This document shows positions 49,621-63,693 of a stretch of 64,000 bases of DNA, one piece after another; within the stretch, counting starts at the first letter, position 1; every line of letters begins with the position of its first letter. This DNA is from Podarcis bocagei (taxonomy: Eukaryota): the NCBI GenBank assembly GCA_964188305.1, contig OZ076885.1. The stretch is one strand, 5' to 3'. The notes beneath the pieces are model-generated. The model did no database searches. It was not told where the DNA came from and saw only the letters and a list, made by a program, of their open reading frames with translations. The position numbers were made by a program, and so were the translations under genes.

Positions 49621-52361
49621 CCTTTTCTTTTTGGCCCCAGGCAATGTCGACACGTGGGGACCGCCAGTCTTCCTCCCCACATCCCCGATGGCGGGTTGGG
49701 GAAAGTTATATTTCTTTCTTACTACTTTTAGGTTTACGGAATGTGGGGTTGAGAGAAATTCATGGGGGCAGATCTGGGCGCAGCCCTTCATCAGGCTCAA
49801 GACAGAAAAAACGTGGTCATGTGAACGCCTGGCCTGGCGGGGGGGGGGGGGGGGTTCGTGGTGAAGCGTTCAATGACTGGTCTTCCATTTTTGTGCAGGT
49901 TTTATCTCGAAACATCACACCCGTGTTAGGAGTTCACAGCCCAATGGTAGACTCGCTCTGCTGGTGAACTAGTTCTATTCGTGGGTGGGCCAGTTAACGT
50001 GTTACATGTTGGCAAGCATTTTACCAGTGTCTCCATCTTGTCAGTTTTTTGACTGCTAGTTTGATATAATCAGTTGTTTATTTTTATGCTACCGCTTGTC
50101 TGTTAATAAAGCGGTATTCTCTCAAAGCACGACCGGTTTTGTCATAGTCATCCCTTGGTCTGTTAGGTCATTACATCACACACACACACACACACACCCT
50201 TTAGATAATTGCTGATGGTGTGACCTTGATTCCATTTGCTTATGCTAGCTGCAACATTTAGGGTTTTGAAACAGATGTAGTTAAGTATATTAATGGCCCA
50301 ATCTCAGAGTTTGAAAAGGAGGTGATTCCTGACATGTTCTGCACTCTCTTTCCTGAATTATGTCATCTGTGCAAAGCAGCTGAAATAATATGCACCTTTG
50401 CTTCCTAGTCAGGTAACTCTTAACAGTTGTGGGTAGTACAACTTGAAGACATTCCATTTTATTACATTGACTGACATATTGCTTTATTTTGTCATATATT
50501 CCTAGTTCGTCATTTAGTAAAATGTATTTCTAAAAACCAAGGTTCCCTTCCTCTGCATTTTCTGCTGTCTTGGACTGTCCCAGTCATTGTCTGTGATGTG
50601 TTCAGGATTCAGTTTCTTGCAAGTCAACAGTTACACAGCTTTGCTCTGTTTGCTGTTTTTGTACAAGGATTTTTCCAGGTGGGTTGTGTGAAAGTCATTT
50701 CCCAAAGCTATAACAATGCTTCTCCACCTCATCTAGCATGTTTGTTTCTTACACATTTTATTTCAGTTTTAAGTACTAAACCTAAATTTTTCTGTACAGT
50801 AGTCAGTGCCGACTTCCAAAACCTATGGGGATATATCTAATGGTGCCCTTCTATGAACAGAAGTGAGTCTTTCCATTCTCAGAAGGATATGTGAGTCAGC
50901 AGAGGCCTCTGCTAATGGAAGATAGAGACTATTTTCATTGATTTCCCCTAGTAGCCCCCCGCATCACCACCTGTGCTGTTCCACCTTTCCATTAGCAGAG
51001 GCTGGATCAAAAACTCTTTCACAAATGGAAAGGCACTACTGTTGAATACAAGCCATAGTATTTTAATCACCTTTTCTTTTAGCATGAATAACAGAATCAT
51101 AGAATTGTAGAGTTAGAAGGAACCGTGAGGCGTCATGCCTGCAATACAGGAATCTCAGCTAAAGCATCCATGACAGATAGCTACCCAACCTATGCTTAAA
51201 AACCTCCAAGGAAGGAGAGTCCACCATTCCACTGTTAAACAGCTTGCTGGATCAAGCCAACATGGTTCATCTAGTTCAGCATCCTCTTTCCCACAGAGTC
51301 TAACCATTTACCTCTGAGAAATCCGGCAGCATGACATGAAGGCAAAGGCCCTCTTTTATTGTTCCCAGCATTCGGTATTCAGTATTCCTGAGTTTAGCAA
51401 TGCTTCTGGTTAAGAAAATATGTGTGCCTATTTCTGGTTCATTGGTCGGTCTGCCTGACTTGTCTGCTTTGGGATTTAGTTTGCATACTTCTCTTGAGTA
51501 GTGCTACCACTGTTACTATTTTTTAACATTTAGCATTTACATTACACCAGCAGTGTACTTAGTGCTAAGCAGAATAGGCAAAGGATAGTCCCTGTTCAAG
51601 ATTTTACAGTCTACATTCCATGAAGGACACTTGGGTAGGGACGTGTACAAATAGTAAAGATGACCAAGAGGGGACTAGGAGATACTTGTTGAAAAACTTT
51701 ATTGCAGAGGTGGATCCTTAGGAAAGACTCAAAAAGGGGGAAGTGTCTTGACACACTGAAAGGTGGAAGTTACGAATTTCATGGCTAGAAGAAAGAGCAT
51801 GAGTTAGAGTACTCTAAGGTAAAGAGAGGGGCTGAGGCAACTTCTGTGATGAAATAACCAAGTGGCCTTAGGCAAGCTGTGATTTCTTGGTCTCCCCATA
51901 TCTGCAATATCGGGAAAATAATACTGTCCTATTTTACAAGATGACTGTGAGACATTTCATTAAGATAAGGTATGCAAAGTGTTTCAAAGCAACATAAGAA
52001 CTTAACTACAAGTGAATTCATGATCTGCTTTAGAGACTTCAGTATCCTTCTCCCAGGGATTTGGGCAAGAAACCTTAATGGTGTTTTAAGTAGCATTTGA
52101 CAGGGTAAATGGTTGGAAGTATGCACTACTAGTGTGGGGCTGATGCTGGAAAAGACAAGCAACTCAGGAGAGAGTTACAGGGGTGATATGATCATAGGGA
52201 GATGAAATGGGAAAGGTGGCAAGGCAACTCAGGACCACATAGCTACTTGTTCTTAATGACGTACAGATATAGGTTTGTATTTGGTATAAAAATGCCCAGA
52301 CAGGTGAGTGTTCTTTTACTATCAGCTGGGGTGATGGAAAATGCAATCCATCTTCAAAATT

Positions 52362-52565
52362 CATAGAATCATAGAGTTGGAAGAGACCACAAGGGCCATC
52401 GAGTCCAACCCCCTGCCAAGCAGGAAACACCATCAGAGCACTCCTGACATATGGTTGTCAAGCCTCTGCTTAAAGACCTCCAAAGAAAGAGACTCCACCA
52501 CACTCCTTGGCAGCAAATTCCACTGTCGAACAGCTCTTACTGTCAGGAAGTTCTTCCTAATGTAC
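52362..52565 (-). mobile_element. CR1 LINE 3' end
   Basis: TCATAGAATCATAGAGTTGGAAGAGACC...; reverse (ATTCTATG) terminal repeat of CR1. A second, decayed copy lies near 51093-51240. Confidence 0.8.
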
Positions 52566-55500
52566 CCTGCCTTGTACAGTTACATTGTGCACTCTTATTA
52601 AATTATAGATGACTAGGCAAGTTGGGACATGTTAATAATTTCAGATATATACTTTTCAATATTACTGTGAAGCAGCTTTCCATATATTTTATTAGCTTGT
52701 TGTTGGAAGCCATTGCAACAAATGGAAATCCCTGGTTTTCTTGCTATGTTTTAGGAAAACTCGCTCATATTCACTGCTTCTGCATCTAGCGTTTCCACCT
52801 TAACAGTTTCTCCCATCTTCCTATTAGTAGCATAACCCACTCATAAATGACATTCTCAAATATATTTCCTCCTGCTCTCCTCCATTTCATTGGTCAGGAC
52901 TCAAACAAGCAATTCCAAGCAAAATCCCATTACAGGCTTTTAATGTTCTGGTGGCCTGATGGTGAGCTTTTGCCATTGCTTTTAAACTAGAGTGAAAAGC
53001 ACAACACTCCTACAAATCTTTAGTACAGTCATAACAGAAGAGGGAACCTTTGGAGTAGCATTTGTAGTGGTAGTTCATTGGATGGAGGCAATAGAAGGAA
53101 TTAATGCATCCTTATGCTGTTTTTGAACACCGGAGGCGGGGGGGGGGGAATGCTGGTAGCTCTATTACTAATCATATTTAGATTTTCAAGAGCCAGCAGC
53201 TGCTAATTGTGCAACTCTTCTTAGAAGAGCTTTCAGACCAGTAGGCAGTTCTGAGAACTACTATGGTGAGAGTACTCCTTGGAGAGCTCTTTGCTGTGAA
53301 TAATAAATGGGAATTGAAGTTTTATTTCTCTCGTAAATCAAGCTGGACTTGATTCGCTTGATTCGAGTACCTCTATTATGATCAAGGGAGTGGTGTGCCA
53401 CCCATGTGCGAGACTGAGGCAAGAACTGTGCTTTCAAGAAAAGAAGAAAGGTGGTTCTGTGCCAAATTCAGCAGCTGTTGTTCAAATCCTGTTTGTAAGT
53501 AACAAGTGAAACTTTCCGGGGTTGCCATGGTATGCCTGGCATACTATTTCACATAATCGTTTTGCGGCATACTGTAGATGTTGTTTGGCAGTGGGTCATA
53601 TTTGCATCAGCACTATAGCTAATCTCTTTTAAAAGCCCAGTTATGAGATGTGTGGAAGAAAGTGCTGTTGAGAGCATCCTGGTATATTGCTCCTGACCCA
53701 TAATAATATTGAAGACAGGGAGATGCTCAGATATCTTGATAGGATTCTATGCTTTTGATGTTCCAAAATTATTTATGCAGATTGCAAACTGATTAGGTGA
53801 TGAGAGAGGAAGGAGGAGGTGGTATGGCGTTTGATTCAAAGTTTGAAACAACACACTTACCTAGGAGCAAGCCCTGTTGAACATGTATAGTACGTATAAA
53901 AGCTTGTTCTGTATATTTTTTTTAGGGTGTGCTTTTTTGTCTTGATGCCCTTTTTCAAGGTGGTTTAAATTAATTAATTAATTAGTTAGTTAGTTAATAT
54001 CCTACTCTTCTTCCCAAAGGAGCTTAGGATGCCAAACAACAAGTGATAAAACAATAAAAATAATTCCAGTATGGATTCAGACAGCAAAATATCTCAATTC
54101 AAAAGGCTGGTTGAAAGAGGAAGGTCTTGAGTGGGCATCCAAAAGACAACAGAGACAGCTCCTGTCTGATATTCAAGGGGAGGGAATTCCTAAGGATAAG
54201 TGTCACTGCACTAAAGACCTCCTGATAAGATGGTATTTGCAGGAGGCCCTCCCTTGCAGAGTACAGTGATCATTTGGGTACATAAGAGAGGTAAGACGAT
54301 ATTTCAGGTATCCTGCTCTTAAGACAGTTGCTTGCCTTTTAATGTCGCATCAAAAATTATCACTTGAAGTGGACCATTTCCCTTCACCATAGGGCGTGTC
54401 CTTCATGGATCTATTTTGATTGGATTTTTAACTAGGTTGGATGAGCCTCCTATGGAAGATCTATATAGGAATGGTTCTGGAGAGGGGATAGATGGGCCCT
54501 GAATAATTTTCTGTGTTTGAAATTGTATAATCTCATTTCTCTGCTTTTTCTGTTTTTGGTCTCTCTACCTTGAGGATTAATCAGCCTTCAGAACTTGCCT
54601 GAGGAACAGTATCTGGTGGATATCAAGCAACACGTTTACAAAATGAAATTCTATCTTGCCAAGTGCTAGTAACTCAGTGTAGTCTTTGTTTTCCCCCTAA
54701 TCTGTGTGTAGGGCTTAGATGTCACTACAGATTGGAGATTGTTGTTGGGTGTCGATTTTGTAATCCAATAAAGTAAATGCAGTGTATCAAGTGCTGCCTT
54801 CTGAACTGGAACACACCATCAGAGCTGTATCAGCAATTCATGGGAGGGAGGATGGATGTGTATTGGACATAAGGTCCTTTTGCAATGAGTAACAGTATCA
54901 CTTCCCACCTCTTTGTTCTCAAGTACACTAACCTTTGATAAACTTTATGATTTTAGGATAGGAAGGGGGGGAGGTTCTAGGATGGCCCTGCAGGGTGGTG
55001 CTTTTGATGTGACAGCTCACCTGAAAGAGGGCAGGAGTTGTGCGTCACACTTCAGCATGTAGCCTGAATGGTAGACAAAGTCCTGTTCTAGAATGTTATG
55101 GATGTTGACAGTTCTTTTGGCAGAGAGACAGTTTGCTTTGAGATAGCATAGAAGCTTGTTGTCAGAACAAAGGTCAGTGCTGTCCGTTGGCTCTGTACTG
55201 GTGTTAGGAACAGAACATAATAACGGTGAAGTGAAACTTCAGGGACAACAATATTTTCGTGAGAGAAGTCAACTGCTAAGAGCCCAAAGTATGTCCAGCC
55301 AAAAGAATGTTTTTTAATCAAGTTAGAGACCAGATGTCTGGTATAAATCCTTTTCAGGCTGTCTAGAGGACCATGCAACACCACGCCTGCATCCTAGTAC
55401 ACTGGAGTTCCACACTACTGCCAATTCTGTGAGCTGCTACTGGTTGTACAAGGTCAGCACTGTCCCCAAATAACCTAAAGGGCTTATCACATGAGCAGTC

Positions 55501-57178
55501 TACTCTAGGGTGGCATGTCTTTATAGCTGAGCAAGTTCCCTTCTGTTTGAGGGTATATTAGATCCACTTATTTTGTTGTCTAATGCATTAAATACCAGCC
55601 ATTTTACCAGGAAATGGGTGTGAATACACCTTTCTAGCTCAATAGGTGTTGTAGGCGTTTTAGTTTCTTTCATATGTATGCTGTGACATTTTTCTTCCTC
55701 TCCCTGCCTTCAAATCCACTAGCATCTGTTTAACAAGATTGCCTGATAAGCATCCTAGCACAAAAGGTGAAAGGGGCATATTCAGCATGTTGAGGGAAGC
55801 CTCATTGCTAATCCCCTGCTAGTCAGGTTGCTGGATAAAATGGGTGAATGTTATTTTAGAGCCAGGATTGGACTGTGCTTTGCTTGTGCCCCTGCTGCCT
55901 CTCTTGGCTCTTTGTACAAGGGACTGTTTGATTGAAACCTAGACTGAATTCTTTCAGCACTGCCTTGATGAGTCAGCAGGCATGTGCTGTGAAGAAACAG
56001 CCAGCCTCCAGTAGGAACCTAGCAATTTAAATGTCAGATTTTCTTTGGGTAGGAAAGCTGATTCCCAATATTATAATATATATACCATGTAATGAAAAGG
56101 GCAAGGGCAAAGTAATCCATTTAACCTCAGAACATAGGTTAGCAAACACCCCTAACACTAGTTCTGAATATTTTCAGGAATGCTTTCTAGCATGAAGTTT
56201 ATCACTGGTTCAATACCCCTTTGGCTATCAAAATGTCACCTTGCTGCTTATCAGCACCCCATGTCATCCTCTGCAAAATGTAGCTTGATTTTGTAGACAT
56301 GCCTATTTTTCAAACTATGCGTGTGCTCTTGTTCCAACTGCTTGCTCTGTATTCTGGCAAAATTGCTTAGAAAAATGACTGAATTATCTGCTCATTATCC
56401 TTTTTGGGAACCAAACTCTGAACCTTGGGACTTCCATTCCCAAGCTCTTCCGCAACAGCTCCAGAAGGATTTGTTGCCTGGCTGGGTAACCAAGTGAAGA
56501 ACCTATAGTGCTGGAGCTAGGTATAATAAACAAAGTTCTGCTGTTATGTCTAGTTCTGTTCTTGGGTCTAGGCTTTCTGTGGTATAAGATGTAAAAGAAC
56601 TGGTGGATGGAAGAATCCTGCATGAGAATAAGAAACACAAAGGTGCAAGCAGGAATACTGAGCAATTATTGCTAGCTTATTTGCATTATAAACAAGTGTT
56701 TATGTTGTTAACCTCATTCCCCTGCCATCCCCTTGCGCAGGAGAAAAAGCCCTTTTCTGGCTGTTCTTCCCTGTAGCACAAGCCTTCCTGGTGGTTTAAC
56801 AACAACAACAACAACAATATAATATAATATGCCGTCCATCTGACTGGGTTGCCCCAGCCACTCTGGGTGGCTTCCAGCAACACACACATAAAGTAAAACA
56901 TCAAACATTAAAAATTTCCCTATACAGGGCTGCCTTCAGATGTCTTCTGAAAAATAATAATACAGGTCCTTTGTATGCTGTAATCTGGTCTTTTTCTCAG
57001 CCTTGATGGCACTGTCTTTCATTAGTCATCTTACCAACGACAACAGAGATTGACTGGAGTGCTTCCTTGGGGCCTCGTAAAGTTCACATGTGTGTTTCTT
57101 TCAGGCTGGTCATGGTGAAGATGCTGCTCTGACTCCGGTTCACCAGCTGTACTCACTGAGAGTGTGGGATGGCTCTAC

Positions 57179-60100
57179 ATGGCCTCTGTAGGGCCAGAAG
57201 CCTATAGCCTTGGCCTCAAGAGGGGAAACCAGTTCCAGGTGGGCATTGCACCAGGGCTGACAGTGCCGCCACTCACAGCAAAGCTTCACGAAAGTAAGGC
57301 CTGGTACCTTGCTAAGCAGCAGGTGAAGCCCATTTGGCAGCTGGAACAGAAACATGTGACCAATTTTCAGGACCTCCAATCGGTCCACTCAGGGATTTCT
57401 TCCCAGCGTCCCCGCCTCTTGTACCCAGAGTCATTATGTAGTGATACAGCGTTCCTGACTTCACCTCCACCTTTGCCCCACGCTCTCCCAAACTTCCTCG
57501 GAAGCACCTTGCTCTACCGACGTTCTTACTTCAGACACAAGCCTTATCGGAGGCTTGAGTCCATCTGTTTGCAGCCAACTTCTTTGGAGAAGAAACCTCT
57601 TTGTGCTCCACTCCCTGCCTATCGCTCTGTTCTCAACAATACCATGACATCCTCCGCCATAGACCCATTCTTTATGCCGAATACTGCTGCTGACTGTTCC
57701 AATCCAGTGTCAAAGGGGTTCCCCCTAAGCTCAGGGAAGCAAAACTCCAATTCATACAGGCCAGTGCTAAACAATAACTCTTTCCTTCGGCCAACTAGTG
57801 CAAAAGTGCCTTTGCAGCAGCAGTACCACCAGCCGCTGCCACCAGAAAATAAGAAGCTAAAAGGCTTGTCACGACCTATTGGCTTCTCTTGGACCCACTC
57901 TGGTGGAAATGGAGATGGCGCTCCTGCGAACCTTGAAAGAAAGCTTGGGAAAAACAGTGGCATAACTCTTGAGCAACCCAGTGCCAAATCTCCTCGCTCG
58001 GCCATTCACAATGGCGTGGTTCTCAAAGTGGAACGGCCCTCCTGGCGACTCGAAGATGGTGAGAACAGGTCTCAGAACCTGAAAGAGCAAGATGTGCGGT
58101 TGACAGAAGCTATGCGGAAGCTGACTGCAAATGGGATCCGGAAGGTTAGCACCTACAACGAATTTGGTCACCGCATTGACAGCTCTTGCCTTATGAATGC
58201 AAACTTCCACTCCAGTCTTTTCAATCGATGGAAGCCACACATAGTAGCACAGATCACCCCAAAGGACGTACCAGCTGCCACCTCCCCAAATCTGGAGCCT
58301 GGTAGCCGCCACCAGAGCCTTATGGTCACAGAAGCTGCCGATGTCTGCACTAAACGCATCGATGTTCGTTTCTTAGCCTCAAATCCTGAACCTTCCAACC
58401 ACTGCGCCTTGAGTCAGACTGTCAATCACACCTCTGTAAACGCTGGAGAACAAGTGGTAAAAACAGAGCTGTCCCCACGGACTACAGTCTCTGAGGTAGA
58501 GACCAAAATTTCCTCTCTTCAGTTAGGCACGGATACAAAATGGGGGAACCCTGTTACTGTGAAAGAGACCGAGTAAGTACTCTGGCAAATATGTCTGTTG
58601 GGGTGGGTTAGTGTTTCCCTTTCAGTACTCTTTGTGGCAATAATTGCCAACCTGTAGCCCTCCAAGTGTTGCTGGATTACACTTCCCATAATCCCTGAAT
58701 CATTGACCATGCTGTCTGTCGAGCTGGGCGATATCAGCTTTTCAACAGTGCGGTATATCATCAGCCAAACATCACAATCTGGTGATATACCACATTGTTG
58801 AAAAAACAAGCTTCATTGGCCTCAGCCAGTGAGGCACCAGGTGAAACTGCCGCATCTCTCACTGTGGGAACTGAGGCGGTTTCACCCTAGTGCCTAGCGG
58901 GCTAGGACAACACAGCTTGTTTGCATGGCTCAGCTGGGGTTTGGGAAGGCTCCCAATCCCCAGCAGTGCCCCCCCCCCCCGCTTGTGTGGGAGCCAGCAA
59001 CGGGCTGGGGGATCCTTTAACTGCTCGGCTGAGCAGAGCGGCAACCACACATGCCTCAGCTGAGCAGTTCAAAGATGCAGAGGGAGGAAAAAGTTGTATT
59101 GAAGCCTTGCCAATGAAGCTTGTTTCTTCTCCCTCTGCACAATATGAGGGCAGAGTGGGTATATCACTGGTGAAACCACTGCTGCTCCTGAGTCCCTCTG
59201 CTGGCAGTGCCTGCTGGAAGGAGTCAAGAGTCTTGACTTCCTCCAGCGAGTGTTACTAGCAGAGGGACTCAGGAGCAATGGCAGTTTCACCAGCGATATA
59301 CCCAAGTGATATGCTCTGTCACAAGAGACTAGGGCCCTGCGGGACCTGACATCTTTCCGCAGGGCCTGCAAGACAGAGTTGTTCCGCCAGGCCTTTGGTC
59401 AGGGCGCAGCCTGACTCCCTCCTCTGGCAACCTGCACAGAATTTTGCTTAATTGGTTGCCATCAATTTGATTTAATTAATTTTTATAATGAAATATTTTT
59501 AGATTGTGTGACTATTTGATTGTTTGATTATTTGATTGTTGTTAGCCGCCCTGAGCCCGGCTTCGGCTGGGGAGGGCGGGATATAAATAAAATTTATTAT
59601 TTCACCAGTGATATACCGCTGAGTGAAGCCGACTTTGCGGTCTGCTCCTCATACTGGCCCTGGGCGATATATTGATATATGTCGCCCAGGCCTAGCTGAT
59701 GGGTGTTGGAGTCCAACAGCATCTGGAGGTTAATCACCCTTTTCTTATGATAAGGACTGTGTTTGATATAGTAGAATACGCTAAAGAACTTAGTAGCAAA
59801 GTGTTCCTATGATGTAAGCATATTTAAGCTTGGTCATCAATCGATGTTTGATACGCCTTGGATGGTTTTGCAGCCTTCACTTCCTCCAAAACGTCTCTCA
59901 GATCAGATGACAATTCTGCTTTACCACTGGTAGCCCATTGTTTTGACAAGTGTGCCACAAGTCAAGTCCAAAATTTGCCACTTGAACTATTCCTCCCTTT
60001 CTCTCCGCACCACTTCTATCACTAACATGGGTTAATGTTTATAATAGTTATTTGGGATATCTTGCCTTGTCTGTGATTTCTTGGTCTGTTGTTGGGTGTA

Positions 60101-60960
60101 GAGATCTTTTTGCTTTGCTAACTGAGAGGAGTTACAGAGCTTCACTTTAGGGCTGTAACCCTTTGTGTTGTAGAGCTGCAGTCAACCTTCCCCTGCTGGA
60201 CCAAGCGGAGGTGGAAGATGTAGAGGAAGAGCTCCCGGATGGCTTGGAAGATGCCTGCAGTCAGGATGAGGAAGGAGAAGAGGAGGATGGGGAAGGTCAG
60301 CAGTCACATTTATTTCCTCTCTTCAAAGTACAAACAAGACTACTCACCACACATAAAAAAGGGTTTTCATACACTGATTATTCTGTTAATACAAATATAC
60401 TAATTACTGTCATTTCAAAGCATAGCTTGAATCTAATAAAAAGCTAAAACGATTCCTACTATAGTTGTCCATGCTTACTATTAGGGCATGGATATATTGC
60501 AAATCACTCTATAATATCAAGAGAGAAAGAACTGTATTGCAACAAATAAAATTGCTAGCTTGAATACTATAATTTGCCTTGTGGGCACTTTCAGCCTATG
60601 CACTTTCTATACTTTTAAAACTTGTTTTGAGTGATATTTAGTTAACTGCTATTGTAGGCAGAGCAACACTCTGATCTCCATTTACATTTTACTGGTGTAT
60701 TCTATTAAGCATTCAGTGAATGATTTTCTGGTTACCCAGAGACAAACTTTTTAAATCTACTGTCTTGAAACAGTTCAGAGTGAGATAATTTTCCATTGAA
60801 TGTACAAGGCCTGACAATATTTCTAGATCATAAACAGCAGTAATAGCATTCAGTACTGAGGCAGAGCAACACTAATTCACTGCTGCTGGAAGGGCTTCTG
60901 TATCCTATGCAACCCAGCCAGAAAGGGGGGGGGGATATAAATAAAATAATAAGTTGTTGT

Positions 60961-60996
<36 letters not shown>

Positions 60997-63693
60997 GTCT
61001 GAGAAGGGAGAGCCCAACCTACAGATATGTGTGATGCTTACAGATGTGCCCCAGTTTAGCTGTTCCACCAACAAATCTGTCATGGTGGTGGCATATCTTG
61101 AATTCTGCAGGCATGATACAGCTTTTGTCAAATCCCATTGCCCCTCAGCTAGCAGATCTTAACTACAGGACTTCATCTTCAATATTCCTGCTAGGAATGT
61201 TCTGATCAAACCCACTAAATACTTGTGTGTGGATTTATTATAATTGTTGCTGTCTTGCTACGGTTTGGGACAATGCTACTCCCCCTGAGTATTGACCCAT
61301 TCTGTCCCCCACCCCTAATCTTCTTGCATGAGAGTTTGGAAGAAAGCTGCAATTAGGGTGATTACTGTGGATCTTGATAACATTGTGATGTAGCAGCCTG
61401 ACATTTTCAGCTGTGTTTTAGTTCAGCCATTTTATTGCTTTAGTATATTGCACTGTGGTTCAACACTCTTATGATATCCTTTTGTAAATAGAAGGCAAAC
61501 TTTAACTTATGGGGAGTGACATAGGGAATGATATTCTATCCTCTTCTAACCTTACCATGGGGTCCTTTATTACAGTGTGCAAATAAGGAAATTGATGGCT
61601 GTGTGGAAGAGCAGGCAAATAATGGATATTCTCTCATTGTCAAGATCCGGGGTCTGATTTGAGGTCATTGTGCAGAAACTATGGTGTCCTTTAAATGTAG
61701 CTGCATGGGGGCACTTACCAGTAAGCGGCTCCTTTGCTGCTGGGAAAACTCTGAAATTACGTAAACAAGAGAAGAGAGGTGGTTTGTTCTTCCAGTCGCG
61801 TAACAGTTGCTTGTGGATTAAGTTCAGCTATCTGAGAGAATGTCTAAAAGAGGTTGAATTTCTTCACGATGTTCATGGAGTGTAGCCAAGATTTTTCACT
61901 CATTAAACTATTTTTGCCTTTTTTCTTTAGGTGAATCAGATGGCTCCTCTTCATCCGGATTATCCCCCAATGGTTCTGTAGCTATTATATCCAGGTTCGT
62001 TTTAGGAATGTTCTGTCTGTAATGCATTGGATCCTTTTGTTCTTGGATAATCCCATGGGATGGCCACCTGGAGACCCTGATCTGTTTGCCTTGGTGAAAT
62101 CACTTGGCTTGCACTTGCTGGCTGTGCCCATCTGCAAAGAGAAACAGAGATGCTAAGCAGTCGGGCTGAAAGGCAGCTTAGTTTTCATTCTGGGTTGGTG
62201 TTTCTCAGCCAAAGCAAACCTCACTTTCTCAGTCAATGTGTTGGTCAAGAGCCTCAGGAATTAAACTGAATGGCATATGATGGAAACGGATGTCCCAGAG
62301 AAAGTGTTGTGCTGCTCACTTCTTCAACTGTGCCTGGTATTCTTTTCCTAGGAATTGCGTTGAGGGATTGGTGCCTACACTAGAGGGCCAAGAACGAATT
62401 CTCAAGCCAGCTCTTACATGCAGCCTGTTCCCCAATGTGCCTCCCACAATATATTTTGGTACCCGGGATGAGAGAGGTAAGGTGGATCTGAATTCATTGC
62501 ACGAAACAGGCAATGCCAGAAAACCCTAGTGTACTATAGTGGTGGAGTGGATTCTAGGGTGGGGAGGTGATGGTGGGATGCATGTGGTCATGTCATTTAA
62601 GTGTGTGGTGTAATGATGCCTTTCCAATGGAGTTACTAAGGTCTCCAGGTGATGTGAAGAGAAAACCTTAAATCTAGATTTATATCTGTGGAGCTGTAGG
62701 ATTTTGAGATCACCAGCAAAGAGGTTCAGCACTGAAATGGCTGAAATAGCAGTTGAGATGCTGGAAGGTACAGTAATATTTGATGGGCATTCACTTTGAC
62801 CCTCAATCTTAATCCCACCATAGGTGGAGTATGTATCTTTCCTGCCCTGCCCTATGATGGGGTGAGTGGACATCCAGATTCACTTGCATCAGAAATGGTC
62901 CCATTTGTCGTATTTTGCTCTGGCCTGGGTGCTTTCATAGTGGAGAGCAGGCATTATCACAGCATCACAACAATCTTTGGTCTTTGAAGAATTAAAGCTG
63001 GTCTTAACCTGTTTGGATGTGCACATAGACCGACTCAGCATGCTTCTTGCTATAGATAGCATAATTTCTCAAACTTCTTGAGCTTAGTTTCGCTATCTGC
63101 CTTTTAAACTTCTGCCTTCCCCCTCCCCAATTCAGGACTAGCCACCTGTCTCATTGCATAGCATGGAGATCGAGGCAGCAGCTCTTCCCAGATCAGACTG
63201 GCATGATTCGGCAAGTAGGGGAACAGCTGCACCCCTGTCCCCAAAATAAATTAGGATCCTCTGTTAGAGGGCTTTCAACCTATCCATTTATTCACTGATG
63301 AGAGGAGGGAAGTCCCACCTGCCTCAAAATCCTGTTCCTCCCAGAAACTTTGCACATTCCTTCAGGTGTGTTGTGCTTCTCAGTTTGGGAACCACTGTTC
63401 TATGGACAAGTGACAGAGCGTTTGCCAAGGGTTTTCTTTCACTTGCTGATCTGATTCTGTTGAAATTCATTGAATAAAAATATTACCCTCCTACACTTCA
63501 TGACAAATTGATGTCTTCAGCCAAAGGAGATGCTCCCGTGGTTGGGTTTCCCTTCTAACCTTAGAATTTCTTTCTTTCCTAGTGGAGAAGCTCCCTTGGG
63601 AACAGAGGAAGATGCTACGATGGAAGATGAGCACAGTGACTCCCAACATTGTAAAGGCAACGATCTCCAGGTCCCACTTCAAAATCAGCAAGA
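57179..63693 (+). CDS. TTLL4: Tubulin monoglutamylase TTLL4 (3'-partial; first five coding exons)
   Basis: Large first coding exon (acceptor before 57105, ATG 57179, donor after 58572), then 60174-60295, 61931-61994, 62352-62476, 63583-63693, all phase-consistent. Motifs: KQQVKPIWQLEQKHV, YRPVLNNNSFLRP, VEDVEEELPDGLED, KPAL..SLFPNVPPTIYFGTRDERVEKLPWEQRKMLRWKMSTVTPNIVK. Confidence 0.95.
58720..59694. mobile_element. hAT-like element with a nested L2-type LINE 3' end (about 59312-59601)
   Basis: GAGCTGGGCGATATC...ATGTCGCCCAGGCCTA ends; internal GTTAGCCGCCCTGAGCCC...GGGCGGGATATAAATAAAATTTATTATT tail. Confidence 0.6.
60961..60994 (+). repeat. (TAC)n microsatellite
   Basis: Read directly. Confidence 0.9.

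Noticed and set aside
53300-56520. Possible extra TTLL4 non-coding exon or alternative promoter (half X-box GTTGCCATGG at 53521; donor-like TAG|GTATAA at 56520)
   Set aside because: Boundaries cannot be fixed without transcript data.
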